The translations under genes and the position numbers were made by a program. 64,000 bases of DNA from Gemmatimonadota bacterium. Its GTDB lineage: Bacteria > Gemmatimonadota > Gemmatimonadetes > Gemmatimonadales > Gemmatimonadaceae. Shown piece after piece: positions 56,686-64,000 of the stretch (position 1 is the stretch's first letter; every line of letters starts with the position of its first letter). The notes under the pieces were generated by a model. It did not search any database, was not told where the DNA came from, and saw only the letters and a list, made by a program, of their open reading frames with translations. The DNA lies in NCBI GenBank assembly GCA_031372565.1, contig JANMLN010000020.1, forward strand, positions 37,484 through 101,483, in the 5' to 3' direction.

Positions 56686-59463
56686 ATGACCTCGGGCGAC
56701 GCGCCGATCCGCACCATCCGCGACCAGTACCTCCCGCCCGACCCCCAGGCCTTCCACGCCAGCGCGCCGAGCACCGGGCGCGTCATCGTCATCGCGCCCA
56801 CGCGCGCGGCGTGCGAAACGATCGAGCTCGCGCTGCACCTCGAGCTCGAGACGTACCTGATCCAGCACCACAAGGCCGAACTCATGGCCGCGGCGGCGAG
56901 CGGCAAGGGGTTCGGCATCGTCGCCGGCACGGGCACGGGCAAGACGCTCGCGGTGCGCCCGATCGCGCAGACCATCCTCGGCACCACCGAGCTCAAGGTC
57001 GGCGTCGTCAATCGCGAGCGCGAAGCGACCCCCGATACGCCCAACTGGAACGTCGTCGTTGTCACCACCGGCATCGCGCGCCGCTGGTTCCAGGGCGGCG
57101 AGATCACCGCGCGCGACACGCTCGTCGTCGACGAGATCCACCAGACCTCCGCCGAACTCGAGCTCTGCCTCGCCCTCGGCAAGCGCGCGGGCTGCCGCTA
57201 CATCTGGCTCTCGGCGACCGTCGATCCGGCGTTCTACTCACGGTACCTGAACTCGGCGCACGTGCTGCAGGTCTTCGCGTTCGACGAGGACAAGCGCGCG
57301 ACCGTGAAGGTCATGCGCAAGAGCCCGCTCGAGTTCCTGAACGAGAAGTTCCTCGAAACGGTCGTGCGCGAACGGCGCGGCGTCGGGATCTTCATGCCGA
57401 CGCGCGCGGGCGTCGAGCAGGTCGCCAGCGAAGTGGCCGACCGGTATCCGCGTCTCACGAGCGCGCACTATCACGGGGGCGAGCCGATTCGCATCATCCG
57501 CCCCTTCCTCGAAGGTGATGGTGCGCCGCGGCCGTTCTTCCTCGCGATGACGGCCGCCGGGCAGAGCGCGCTCAACGTGCGCGGACTCGATACCGTGATC
57601 ATCGACGACACGCGCTTCACCAACGTGGTGGAGCGCGGCAAGAACGTGCTCACCAAGGTGAATCTGGGCGCCAACGAGATTCTCCAGATGGCGGGGCGCG
57701 TACACGGTCGCGTGGCGGGCGGACGCGTCTTCATCCTGAGTGACCGGGATCTGCACTTCGAGTCGCTGCGGGCCACCGCGCCGGAGTTCCAGCTGGCAGG
57801 CGATTCCGAGCGCGTCGCGCTCACCTGCGCGGCCATGGGGGTGCGCGCCGACGAACTCGACCTCCCCGTTCCGCTCGACAAGCTGGCCTATCGACGGGCG
57901 CTCGATCATCTCGAGGCGCGCGGCGTCATCGAGGACGGGCGCCTCACGCGGTACGGCCGGGAAGTCGAGAAGCTGCCCGTGGAGCGCGCGTGGGCCGAGC
58001 TGATCGTCCACGGCGAGGACGACCTGCTGCCCTATCTCGCCGTGATGGCGAGCATCGAGAGTCTGCACCGGATGACGCGCGATGAGCGCGATCTCGAGGG
58101 ACTCATCGTGGCGGGGAGCGATCACCTCACCGCGTACAACGTGTACGCCGAGGCGTTCACGCGGTGCGGCTACGTGGGCGAGGTGTACGGGTTGCCGCGC
58201 CACCAGTTCGACGAGAGCGTGGAGCACTGGGCCGAGCGGCGCGGGGTGCTGGTCAAGTCGCTCGAAGACACGGCGCTCGCCATGGCGAGCGTGTATCGCG
58301 GCGTGGGGATGGCGCTCCCGACCGCCCTGCCGCGCGCCGGGGAGCCCGTGCGTCAGCGCTTCGGCCAGCTCCTGTCGCAGTACATGCCGTTCGATCTGGT
58401 GATCGACGAGCGCACGGCCACCGGCGACGAAGCGCGCGTCTCGCGCACGAGCGTGTGCGGAAGTTGGGGCGCGGTGGCGGGCACGTTGCGCTACTTCGCC
58501 GACCGGTTCGGGCAGGCGCGCGCGGGCATCGAAGGCACGCAACTCGCACCCGATCTCATCCGTCGCTACGCCACGGGACGAGCGGCCACGCTCTTCTTCG
58601 AGGGACGCCGCAAGGAGAATCCGCTGGTGCTGGTGCGCCGGCTCGACTACTTCGGCTTCGAACTGGAGCGCGAGAGCGAGCCGATCAGCGAACCGTGGCC
58701 CGCAGAGCACGCCGTGCAGGCGCGCGCCCTGGTGGCGGAGGCGCTCGCGCGCGGCGAAGCGCGGCATGCGGCGGTCAAGCGCAACCAGGCGATCATCGAC
58801 GAGATCCGGATGTGCTGGCGTCGCTCGGGAGGCGAGACGCCGCCGCTCTCGCAGCACGACCTCGCCGCGTGGTATGCGTCGCAGCTGACCGAGGCCCGCT
58901 CGATTGCCGACGTGCGCGCCGCACCGCTCCGCCTCTCGATCGACGACTTCGTGGACGTCGCCACGCGCACGCGACTCGCGGCGTTGCCCGGCGCGGCCGA
59001 GATCCGCGGCAAGGCGGCGCCGATCGACTACGACATCGAGGACGTGGACGGCGTGCGGATGGCGGTGGCTCGACTCCGGCTGCATGAGCGGCAGGCGCGC
59101 GGCCTCGTCGAGGAGGAGCTGCCCGAGCTCGATCGTCCGGTGCGGTTTGTCGTGCTGCGTGGCGCGCGTGGGGCCGTGCGAGCGCGAACGCTCGAGGAAC
59201 TGCACGATGTGCTCGACCGTCCGTGGACCGACGAGGAGCTGGAGGCCGCGCGTGCACAGTCGCAGGCCCATCGGGACGGGCGGCAGCGCGAGGAGCAGGC
59301 TCGGCGCGCCGAGCGCGATGTGCGCGGCCACCAGCGGGCGCTGAAGTCGCACCGTGAAGGGCGTGGGCCGGGGAACGGGCCGCACGGGAAGCGCGATGAT
59401 CGCGGCGGGCCGGGCGGGATCGGGAAGAAGAAGGGGAAGTTCGGGAAGAAGCGCGGACGGTAG
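56686..59463 (+). CDS. DExH-box helicase, distant HrpA/HrpB-like
   Basis: AGTGTGKT, TTG, DEIH, SAT, QMAGR, LT.YG....LP winged-helix-like region, basic Gly/Lys tail. Confidence 0.85.
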   Translation: MTSGDAPIRTIRDQYLPPDPQAFHASAPSTGRVIVIAPTRAACETIELALHLELETYLIQHHKAELMAAAASGKGFGIVAGTGTGKTLAVRPIAQTILGTTELKVGVVNREREATPDTPNWNVVVVTTGIARRWFQGGEITARDTLVVDEIHQTSAELELCLALGKRAGCRYIWLSATVDPAFYSRYLNSAHVLQVFAFDEDKRATVKVMRKSPLEFLNEKFLETVVRERRGVGIFMPTRAGVEQVASEVADRYPRLTSAHYHGGEPIRIIRPFLEGDGAPRPFFLAMTAAGQSALNVRGLDTVIIDDTRFTNVVERGKNVLTKVNLGANEILQMAGRVHGRVAGGRVFILSDRDLHFESLRATAPEFQLAGDSERVALTCAAMGVRADELDLPVPLDKLAYRRALDHLEARGVIEDGRLTRYGREVEKLPVERAWAELIVHGEDDLLPYLAVMASIESLHRMTRDERDLEGLIVAGSDHLTAYNVYAEAFTRCGYVGEVYGLPRHQFDESVEHWAERRGVLVKSLEDTALAMASVYRGVGMALPTALPRAGEPVRQRFGQLLSQYMPFDLVIDERTATGDEARVSRTSVCGSWGAVAGTLRYFADRFGQARAGIEGTQLAPDLIRRYATGRAATLFFEGRRKENPLVLVRRLDYFGFELERESEPISEPWPAEHAVQARALVAEALARGEARHAAVKRNQAIIDEIRMCWRRSGGETPPLSQHDLAAWYASQLTEARSIADVRAAPLRLSIDDFVDVATRTRLAALPGAAEIRGKAAPIDYDIEDVDGVRMAVARLRLHERQARGLVEEELPELDRPVRFVVLRGARGAVRARTLEELHDVLDRPWTDEELEAARAQSQAHRDGRQREEQARRAERDVRGHQRALKSHREGRGPGNGPHGKRDDRGGPGGIGKKKGKFGKKRGR

Positions 59464-59471
59464 CGCGCCGC

Positions 59472-60056
59472 TTATTCCCCGAGCACCGTCGTGTACCGCT
59501 CCTCTCGAAACGGCACGAACCCGCGCGCCTTGTAATTCGGCAGCGCCCGGGGCGAATCGAGGGTGCAGGTGTGCAGCCACACGAGCGGCGGCTTCTGCTT
59601 CCACGCCTCCTCGGCTGCCACGGTGAGCAGGTGCTTGCCGAACCCCCGCCCCACGAAGCGCGGCATCAGCCCGAACAGCGCAATCTCGATCGACCCGTCG
59701 GTGTGTCGCTGGAACTCGACGTAGCCCGCGTCTTCGGCACCGAAGCGCAGCACCCACAGCGAGCAGCCAGGCTGCGCGAGATACGCGCCATACTCGGCGT
59801 CGCTCCACGCGTTGCGATCGTGCCAGTGGAACGCCTCGCCGATCGCACGATAGAAGAAGCGTGAGCGCGCGACCGTCGGCGCTTCGAGCGGCACGAAGGC
59901 GAGCCGCGGGTCGTCGCGCCGCGCCGGCTTGAGATCGGCCGGCCGGAGCAGGCGCAGGTAGGTGCGCGTGACGACCACCTCGCGCGGGGCTGACGGCTGG
60001 CCGACGGCGTCGGGGCTCACGGCGGTACGCGGGCGGGAAGGGGTGGAGAGCCGCAT
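59472..60056 (-). CDS. GNAT family N-acetyltransferase
   Basis: FGLMPRFVGRGFGK motif A and WLHTCTLD.P.ALPNY.ARGF; start uncertain (60056 or 60020). Confidence 0.88.
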   Translation of the reverse strand: MRLSTPSRPRTAVSPDAVGQPSAPREVVVTRTYLRLLRPADLKPARRDDPRLAFVPLEAPTVARSRFFYRAIGEAFHWHDRNAWSDAEYGAYLAQPGCSLWVLRFGAEDAGYVEFQRHTDGSIEIALFGLMPRFVGRGFGKHLLTVAAEEAWKQKPPLVWLHTCTLDSPRALPNYKARGFVPFREERYTTVLGE

Positions 60057-60288
60057 CCGCCAACGGTGGGGGCGCGCACCGCGCGGGACCGTGACGGGTG
60101 AAGCGCAGAAACTGTGCGGTCGCGCGCCCTGCGGATACCCCGGTCGCCCAAGACGCGGGTGAGCAGGGACTTGGACTGACCAGTCATATTCCGACCCGAA
60201 ACCATTTATGAACGTCAGTCCTAAAACGTCAGAAGATGGATCTGTAAACCACATATTTGCATACGGTTAGCAAAACCGATGCCATGTA

Positions 60289-60317
60289 TTGACTTTAGGA
60301 CCATCCAGTCCTATTAT
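60289..60317 (+). promoter_or_regulatory. Sigma70 promoter TTGACT-N17-TATTAT with palindromic operator TAGGAC-N6-GTCCTA (60296-60313)
   Basis: Read directly; lies 6 nt upstream of the TetR GTG. Related site TTGGACTGACCAGTCATA at 60171-60188. Confidence 0.75.
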
Positions 60318-60323
60318 TCCGGT

Positions 60324-60923
60324 GTGAACAACCGCCGAACCCAGATCCTCGATGCCGCCGCGCAGCTCATCGCGCAGCATGGCTACTCGCAGACGTCGGT
60401 CGATGATGTCATCCGTCATTCCGGTCTGTCGGGCAAGAGTCACTTCTATCACTACTTCAAGAGCAAGGAAGAACTCGGCTACGAAGTGCTGAATCGGCAG
60501 TTCGAGCGGTTCGCAGAGCACGGCCTCGCGATCCTTCGCGAGCCGATGATCGATCCCCTCGATCGCCTCGCGCTGTTCATCGACTCGCTCGTGGCCTCGC
60601 AGGCCGAGCGCGGGTGGCGCGGCGGTTCGACCTTCGGATCGCTTGCATCCGAACTGGCGGACGCGCACGAAGGCTTTCGGACGAGGATCGAGACGGTGTT
60701 CGAGCGCTGGGCGAGCCAGATCCAGTCGCTGCTCTGGGAAGCCCGGCCGCGCATGATCGATGATGTCGACACGGCCCGGATGGCCCGCTTCATCATCGCC
60801 ACGCTCGAGGGGGCGGTCCTGATGTCGAGGGTCAAGCGCGATGGGGCGGTCTTGCTCGGGATCGCCGAAGACCTCAAGAAGTACGTGAACATGCATGTCC
60901 GGGATGGCGCGTTGGCAGGGTGA
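60324..60923 (+). CDS. TetR/AcrR family regulator (NemR/LmrA-like)
   Basis: ILDAAAQL...GY..TSVDDV...SG..KSHFYHYFKSKEEL HTH. Confidence 0.92.
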   Translation: MNNRRTQILDAAAQLIAQHGYSQTSVDDVIRHSGLSGKSHFYHYFKSKEELGYEVLNRQFERFAEHGLAILREPMIDPLDRLALFIDSLVASQAERGWRGGSTFGSLASELADAHEGFRTRIETVFERWASQIQSLLWEARPRMIDDVDTARMARFIIATLEGAVLMSRVKRDGAVLLGIAEDLKKYVNMHVRDGALAG

Positions 60924-61006
60924 GCACGTGACGGGACACGGCGGACACTGAAGTCCGATGGCGCGCCCCGCACGAACGAAGGACGGCACGACGGAGACAC
61001 TGACGA

Positions 61007-61705
61007 ATGAGCCAGCTGCGAGAAGACCAGTTGCTGCAACAGGTGCGAAGCGCCGCCACGGACCGCGATGCGCGTCCGGATGCGCGTCCCGAGGGTCGCG
61101 CCACGGCGGCCGGCGCTGCGCACGCGGCGCGCCGCGCCCAGTTCGAGACCGAGGCGCTCGTGCACCTCGACGCGCTGTACTCCTTTGCCCTCAAGCTCTC
61201 GTGCTCGCGCGACGACGCCGAAGACCTCGTGTCCGACACGATCCTCCGCGCCTTCGAGCGCTGGGAGCAGTACCACCTCGGCACCAACATCCGCGCCTGG
61301 CTGTTCACGATCCTTTACCACGTCTTCGTGAGCCGCAAGCGCCGCATCGATGCACGCGAGGTGCAGCCCACCGAGACCGAGGATGGCTGGACGACGTTCG
61401 AGGCGGTCGGCGAGATCGATCCCGAAGGGCGCTTCTTCGACTCCTTCCTCGACGACGAGATCACGCGTGCCATCGCGGCACTGCCCGATGAGTATCGCGC
61501 TGCCGTGGTCCTCTCCGACCTGCACCAGCTGCGCTATGCCGAGATCGCGGGCATCCTTGGCGTGCCCGAGGGTACGGTCAAGTCGCGCCTCTTCCGCGGG
61601 CGCCGCATCCTCCAGAAGAAGCTCGTCGGCTACGCCGTCGACATGGGCTACATCAAGCGCCGCGACGGCGTGACGCTCCCCGCGTCGGAGAGCGAGGCGG
61701 CGTAA
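61007..61705 (+). CDS. ECF sigma-70 factor (SigH/SigR-like)
   Basis: DAEDLV..T.LRAF..W, GTN.RAWLF.I, Y.EIA..LG.P.GTVKSRL.RGR. Confidence 0.92.
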   Translation: MSQLREDQLLQQVRSAATDRDARPDARPEGRATAAGAAHAARRAQFETEALVHLDALYSFALKLSCSRDDAEDLVSDTILRAFERWEQYHLGTNIRAWLFTILYHVFVSRKRRIDAREVQPTETEDGWTTFEAVGEIDPEGRFFDSFLDDEITRAIAALPDEYRAAVVLSDLHQLRYAEIAGILGVPEGTVKSRLFRGRRILQKKLVGYAVDMGYIKRRDGVTLPASESEAA

Positions 61706-62354
61706 CGGCGTGCGACCCCGGCGGCGACTGCCGCCGGGCGCGATGCCGGGCTGCCTTGGCCCGGTTGCCGCAGTCGGCCATGGCGCACCAGCGCCGTGAG
61801 TGATTGCGGGTGAGATCGAGGTAGACGCGCGCGCAGCCGGTCGCGCCGCAGCGTTTGACGCGCGCGATCTCGCCGGCCACGAGCGCGTCGGCCGCGCTCT
61901 CCACCACGGCCAGCAACAAGGCGCCGAACACGTCGCCTCCAGCGCGGAAGCTGCGCGCAAAACCGCCGGGCGACGCCTCGATTGCCCGCGTGCCCGCCGA
62001 ACGACCCAGCACGCGATTGATCTCTGCGAGCGCCGCGTCGCGGACGCGCTCCTGCGCCGCGCCACGTTCCGCGAGTGTGCGCAGCGCGTTGCGCACGCGG
62101 CGCGCATCGACCAGCGCGGCCTGCGCCCCCATCGGTTGCTCGTGCGCGCGTCGCTCGAGCTGCGCCGCCCGCTCCGCGTCCAGCACGCCTGCATCCGTGA
62201 GCCACCGGGTCCAGGCGCTGAAGCCCACCAGGTGTTCGGTGCGTACGCCGTGATGCTCGTCGTCGGTGTTCACGAAGTCGAGCCAGAGGCGACCACCGAG
62301 GCGTGGGGCGGTGGACGGAGCGAATGTGGAGGTGCGGCTGGACGCAGATGCCAT
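61653..62354 (-). CDS. ABATE domain / CGNR zinc-finger protein
   Basis: LWLDFVNT and C....C...YLD.TRN.SRRWC.M..CGNRAK. Confidence 0.9.
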   Translation of the reverse strand: MASASSRTSTFAPSTAPRLGGRLWLDFVNTDDEHHGVRTEHLVGFSAWTRWLTDAGVLDAERAAQLERRAHEQPMGAQAALVDARRVRNALRTLAERGAAQERVRDAALAEINRVLGRSAGTRAIEASPGGFARSFRAGGDVFGALLLAVVESAADALVAGEIARVKRCGATGCARVYLDLTRNHSRRWCAMADCGNRAKAARHRARRQSPPGSHAVTPPRSPTRGASRRRGA

Positions 62355-62379
62355 CGTGGCGATAGGATGCACCTCCGTC

Positions 62380-64000
62380 ATGCGCTCCGCCATCGTTGCC
62401 GTCGTTGTTGCGGCCAGCTTGTTTCCCGCCGCCGCGCGCGCGCAGGGCCCGGATCTGCCGCCGCCCAATCCGCGGCCGCGACTGGGGGCGAAGCGCGCGA
62501 CCGCACCGATTGTCGTGGACGGGCGACTCGATGAGCCCGATTGGCTCACCGCGCCGCGCATTGAACGCATGATGCAGGTCGAGCCCAACGTCGGAGAGCC
62601 CAGTCGCAACCGGGCCACGATTCGCATCCTGTTCGACGCCGAGTACCTGTACGTCGGGCTCTTCGGCGGCGACTCGCTCGGCGTCGCCGGGGTCCGCGTG
62701 CAGGACTTCAAGCGCGACTTCGACTTCGGGCCCAACGATTTCTTCGCCGTGACGTTCGATCCGACGGCGGCGGGCAAGTACAACCAGGCCTTCCAGATCA
62801 CGCCGTGGGGGACGCAGAAGGACGTGGAGGCGTTCGACGGCGGACAGGACTTCAACGAGAGCTGGGATGCGCTCTGGCGCGGGCAGGCCGTGCGCACCGA
62901 CAGCGGCTTCACGGCGGAGATGGCGATTCCGTGGAAGTCGCTCCGCTACGTGAACGACGGCCGGCCGTGGTTGATGAACTTCTATCGGATCGCGCGGCGG
63001 ACCAACGAGTTCAGCGGGTGGAGTCCGTGGGGGCGTGCGTTCACGCCGCATCGCACGGCGTACATGGGGGAGTTGGTCGGACTCGAGCCGCCGCCCCCCT
63101 CGACCAATGTCCGGTTCCGTCCGTACTCGATCGGGGAAGTCACGAGCGAGGGGGCGGGGGCGAGGTTCGAGCGGCCGATCGGGCGCTACGGCGGTGAGGT
63201 CACGTGGGCGCCGACGCCGAACGCCGTGCTCGACCTGACCGCCAACACCGACTTCGCGCAGGCCGATGTCGATCGGCAGGTGGTCAACTTGCGGCGCTTC
63301 TCCGTGTTCTTTCCCGAGCGGCGGCCGTTCTTCCAGGAGAACGCGACGCTGTTCAGCCCGGGCCTGGGCGCGGCGTTCGATCAGGCGTTCTTCATCCGAC
63401 CGTTCTTCAGCCGGCGCGTGGGGCTCGATGGCAACGGCGCGCCACTGCCCATTGATGCCGGGGCGCGTCTCGTCTATCGCGGGGCCGGGCGCACGGCCGC
63501 GGGCATGTTGGTGCGCCAGAGCGGCGCCTTCGATGGCTCGAGCGGCATGGCGACGTTCGGCGTCGTGCGCTACGAGCACAACCTCGGACTGAGCGGGCGT
63601 GTGGGAGCACTCGTGGCCACGCGCATGGGCGATCCGCACGCGGGGATGGGTGCCACGCAGAGCGTGGTGGGGTCACTCGACGGCTTTTCGCGGTTGTCGG
63701 AGAAGCTCAACGTGCAGGGCTTCGTCTCGATGGTGCGCGCGACGGCGGCCGGCAGTTCGCGCGACGGTTTCGCGGCCTTTGCGCGCATGGCCAACGAGAC
63801 GGGTACCGCGAGCTGGTTTCTCACCGTCGGCATGATCACGAAGGATTACGATCCGGCCACGGGCTTCGTCTCGCGCACCGATGCCACGATGGTGCGCCCT
63901 GTGTGGCGGTATGATTGGCGCCCGACCTGGCGTCCGGACTGGCTACGCGGCATTCTCACGACGCTCGACAATCAGGTCTTCACGAGCACGAGCACGAGCA
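62380..64000 (+). CDS. Secreted CBM9-like/DUF5916 domain protein (runs off window end)
   Basis: Own translation: MRSAIVAVVVAASLFPAAARAQ..., IVVDGRLDEPDW, AEMAIPWKSLRY, NTDFAQADVDRQVVNLRRFSVFFPERRPFF. Absent from the ORF track, apparently because no stop falls inside the window. Confidence 0.88.
   Translation, partial: MRSAIVAVVVAASLFPAAARAQGPDLPPPNPRPRLGAKRATAPIVVDGRLDEPDWLTAPRIERMMQVEPNVGEPSRNRATIRILFDAEYLYVGLFGGDSLGVAGVRVQDFKRDFDFGPNDFFAVTFDPTAAGKYNQAFQITPWGTQKDVEAFDGGQDFNESWDALWRGQAVRTDSGFTAEMAIPWKSLRYVNDGRPWLMNFYRIARRTNEFSGWSPWGRAFTPHRTAYMGELVGLEPPPPSTNVRFRPYSIGEVTSEGAGARFERPIGRYGGEVTWAPTPNAVLDLTANTDFAQADVDRQVVNLRRFSVFFPERRPFFQENATLFSPGLGAAFDQAFFIRPFFSRRVGLDGNGAPLPIDAGARLVYRGAGRTAAGMLVRQSGAFDGSSGMATFGVVRYEHNLGLSGRVGALVATRMGDPHAGMGATQSVVGSLDGFSRLSEKLNVQGFVSMVRATAAGSSRDGFAAFARMANETGTASWFLTVGMITKDYDPATGFVSRTDATMVRPVWRYDWRPTWRPDWLRGILTTLDNQVFTSTSTS

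Overview
High-GC chromosomal window, most likely from a Gemmatimonadota-like bacterium. This is inferred from composition and from the expanded Ser/Thr kinase-TPR, serine hydrolase and DUF5916 families. It holds about 53 genes; no tRNA, rRNA, CRISPR array or transposase was seen. Most genes are housekeeping: glk, egtB/egtD, photolyase, can/SulP, nadE, PBP1A, lon, clpP, DEAD-box helicase, pyrE, pfkA. Main highlights: (1) A PafB/PafC-like WYL pair lies head-to-head with an AddAB/AdnAB-like helicase-nuclease operon. The 97-bp gap holds a TGTCRG-N10-TANNNT promoter (the actinobacterial PafBC/RecA-NDp consensus), suggesting a PafBC-type, LexA-independent DNA-damage response outside Actinobacteria. 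(2) A SelW/Rdx selenoprotein (CxxU) missed by the ORF track, with an fdhF-like SECIS hairpin 11 nt after the UGA. (3) An ergothioneine locus extended by an ABC transporter, an EthA-like monooxygenase, DUF427 and a disulfide reductase. (4) A DExH helicase whose motif Ia appears displaced. (5) Widespread leaderless-type promoters. (6) Two copies of a REP-like palindrome. All calls come from reading motifs by eye; no searches were run.
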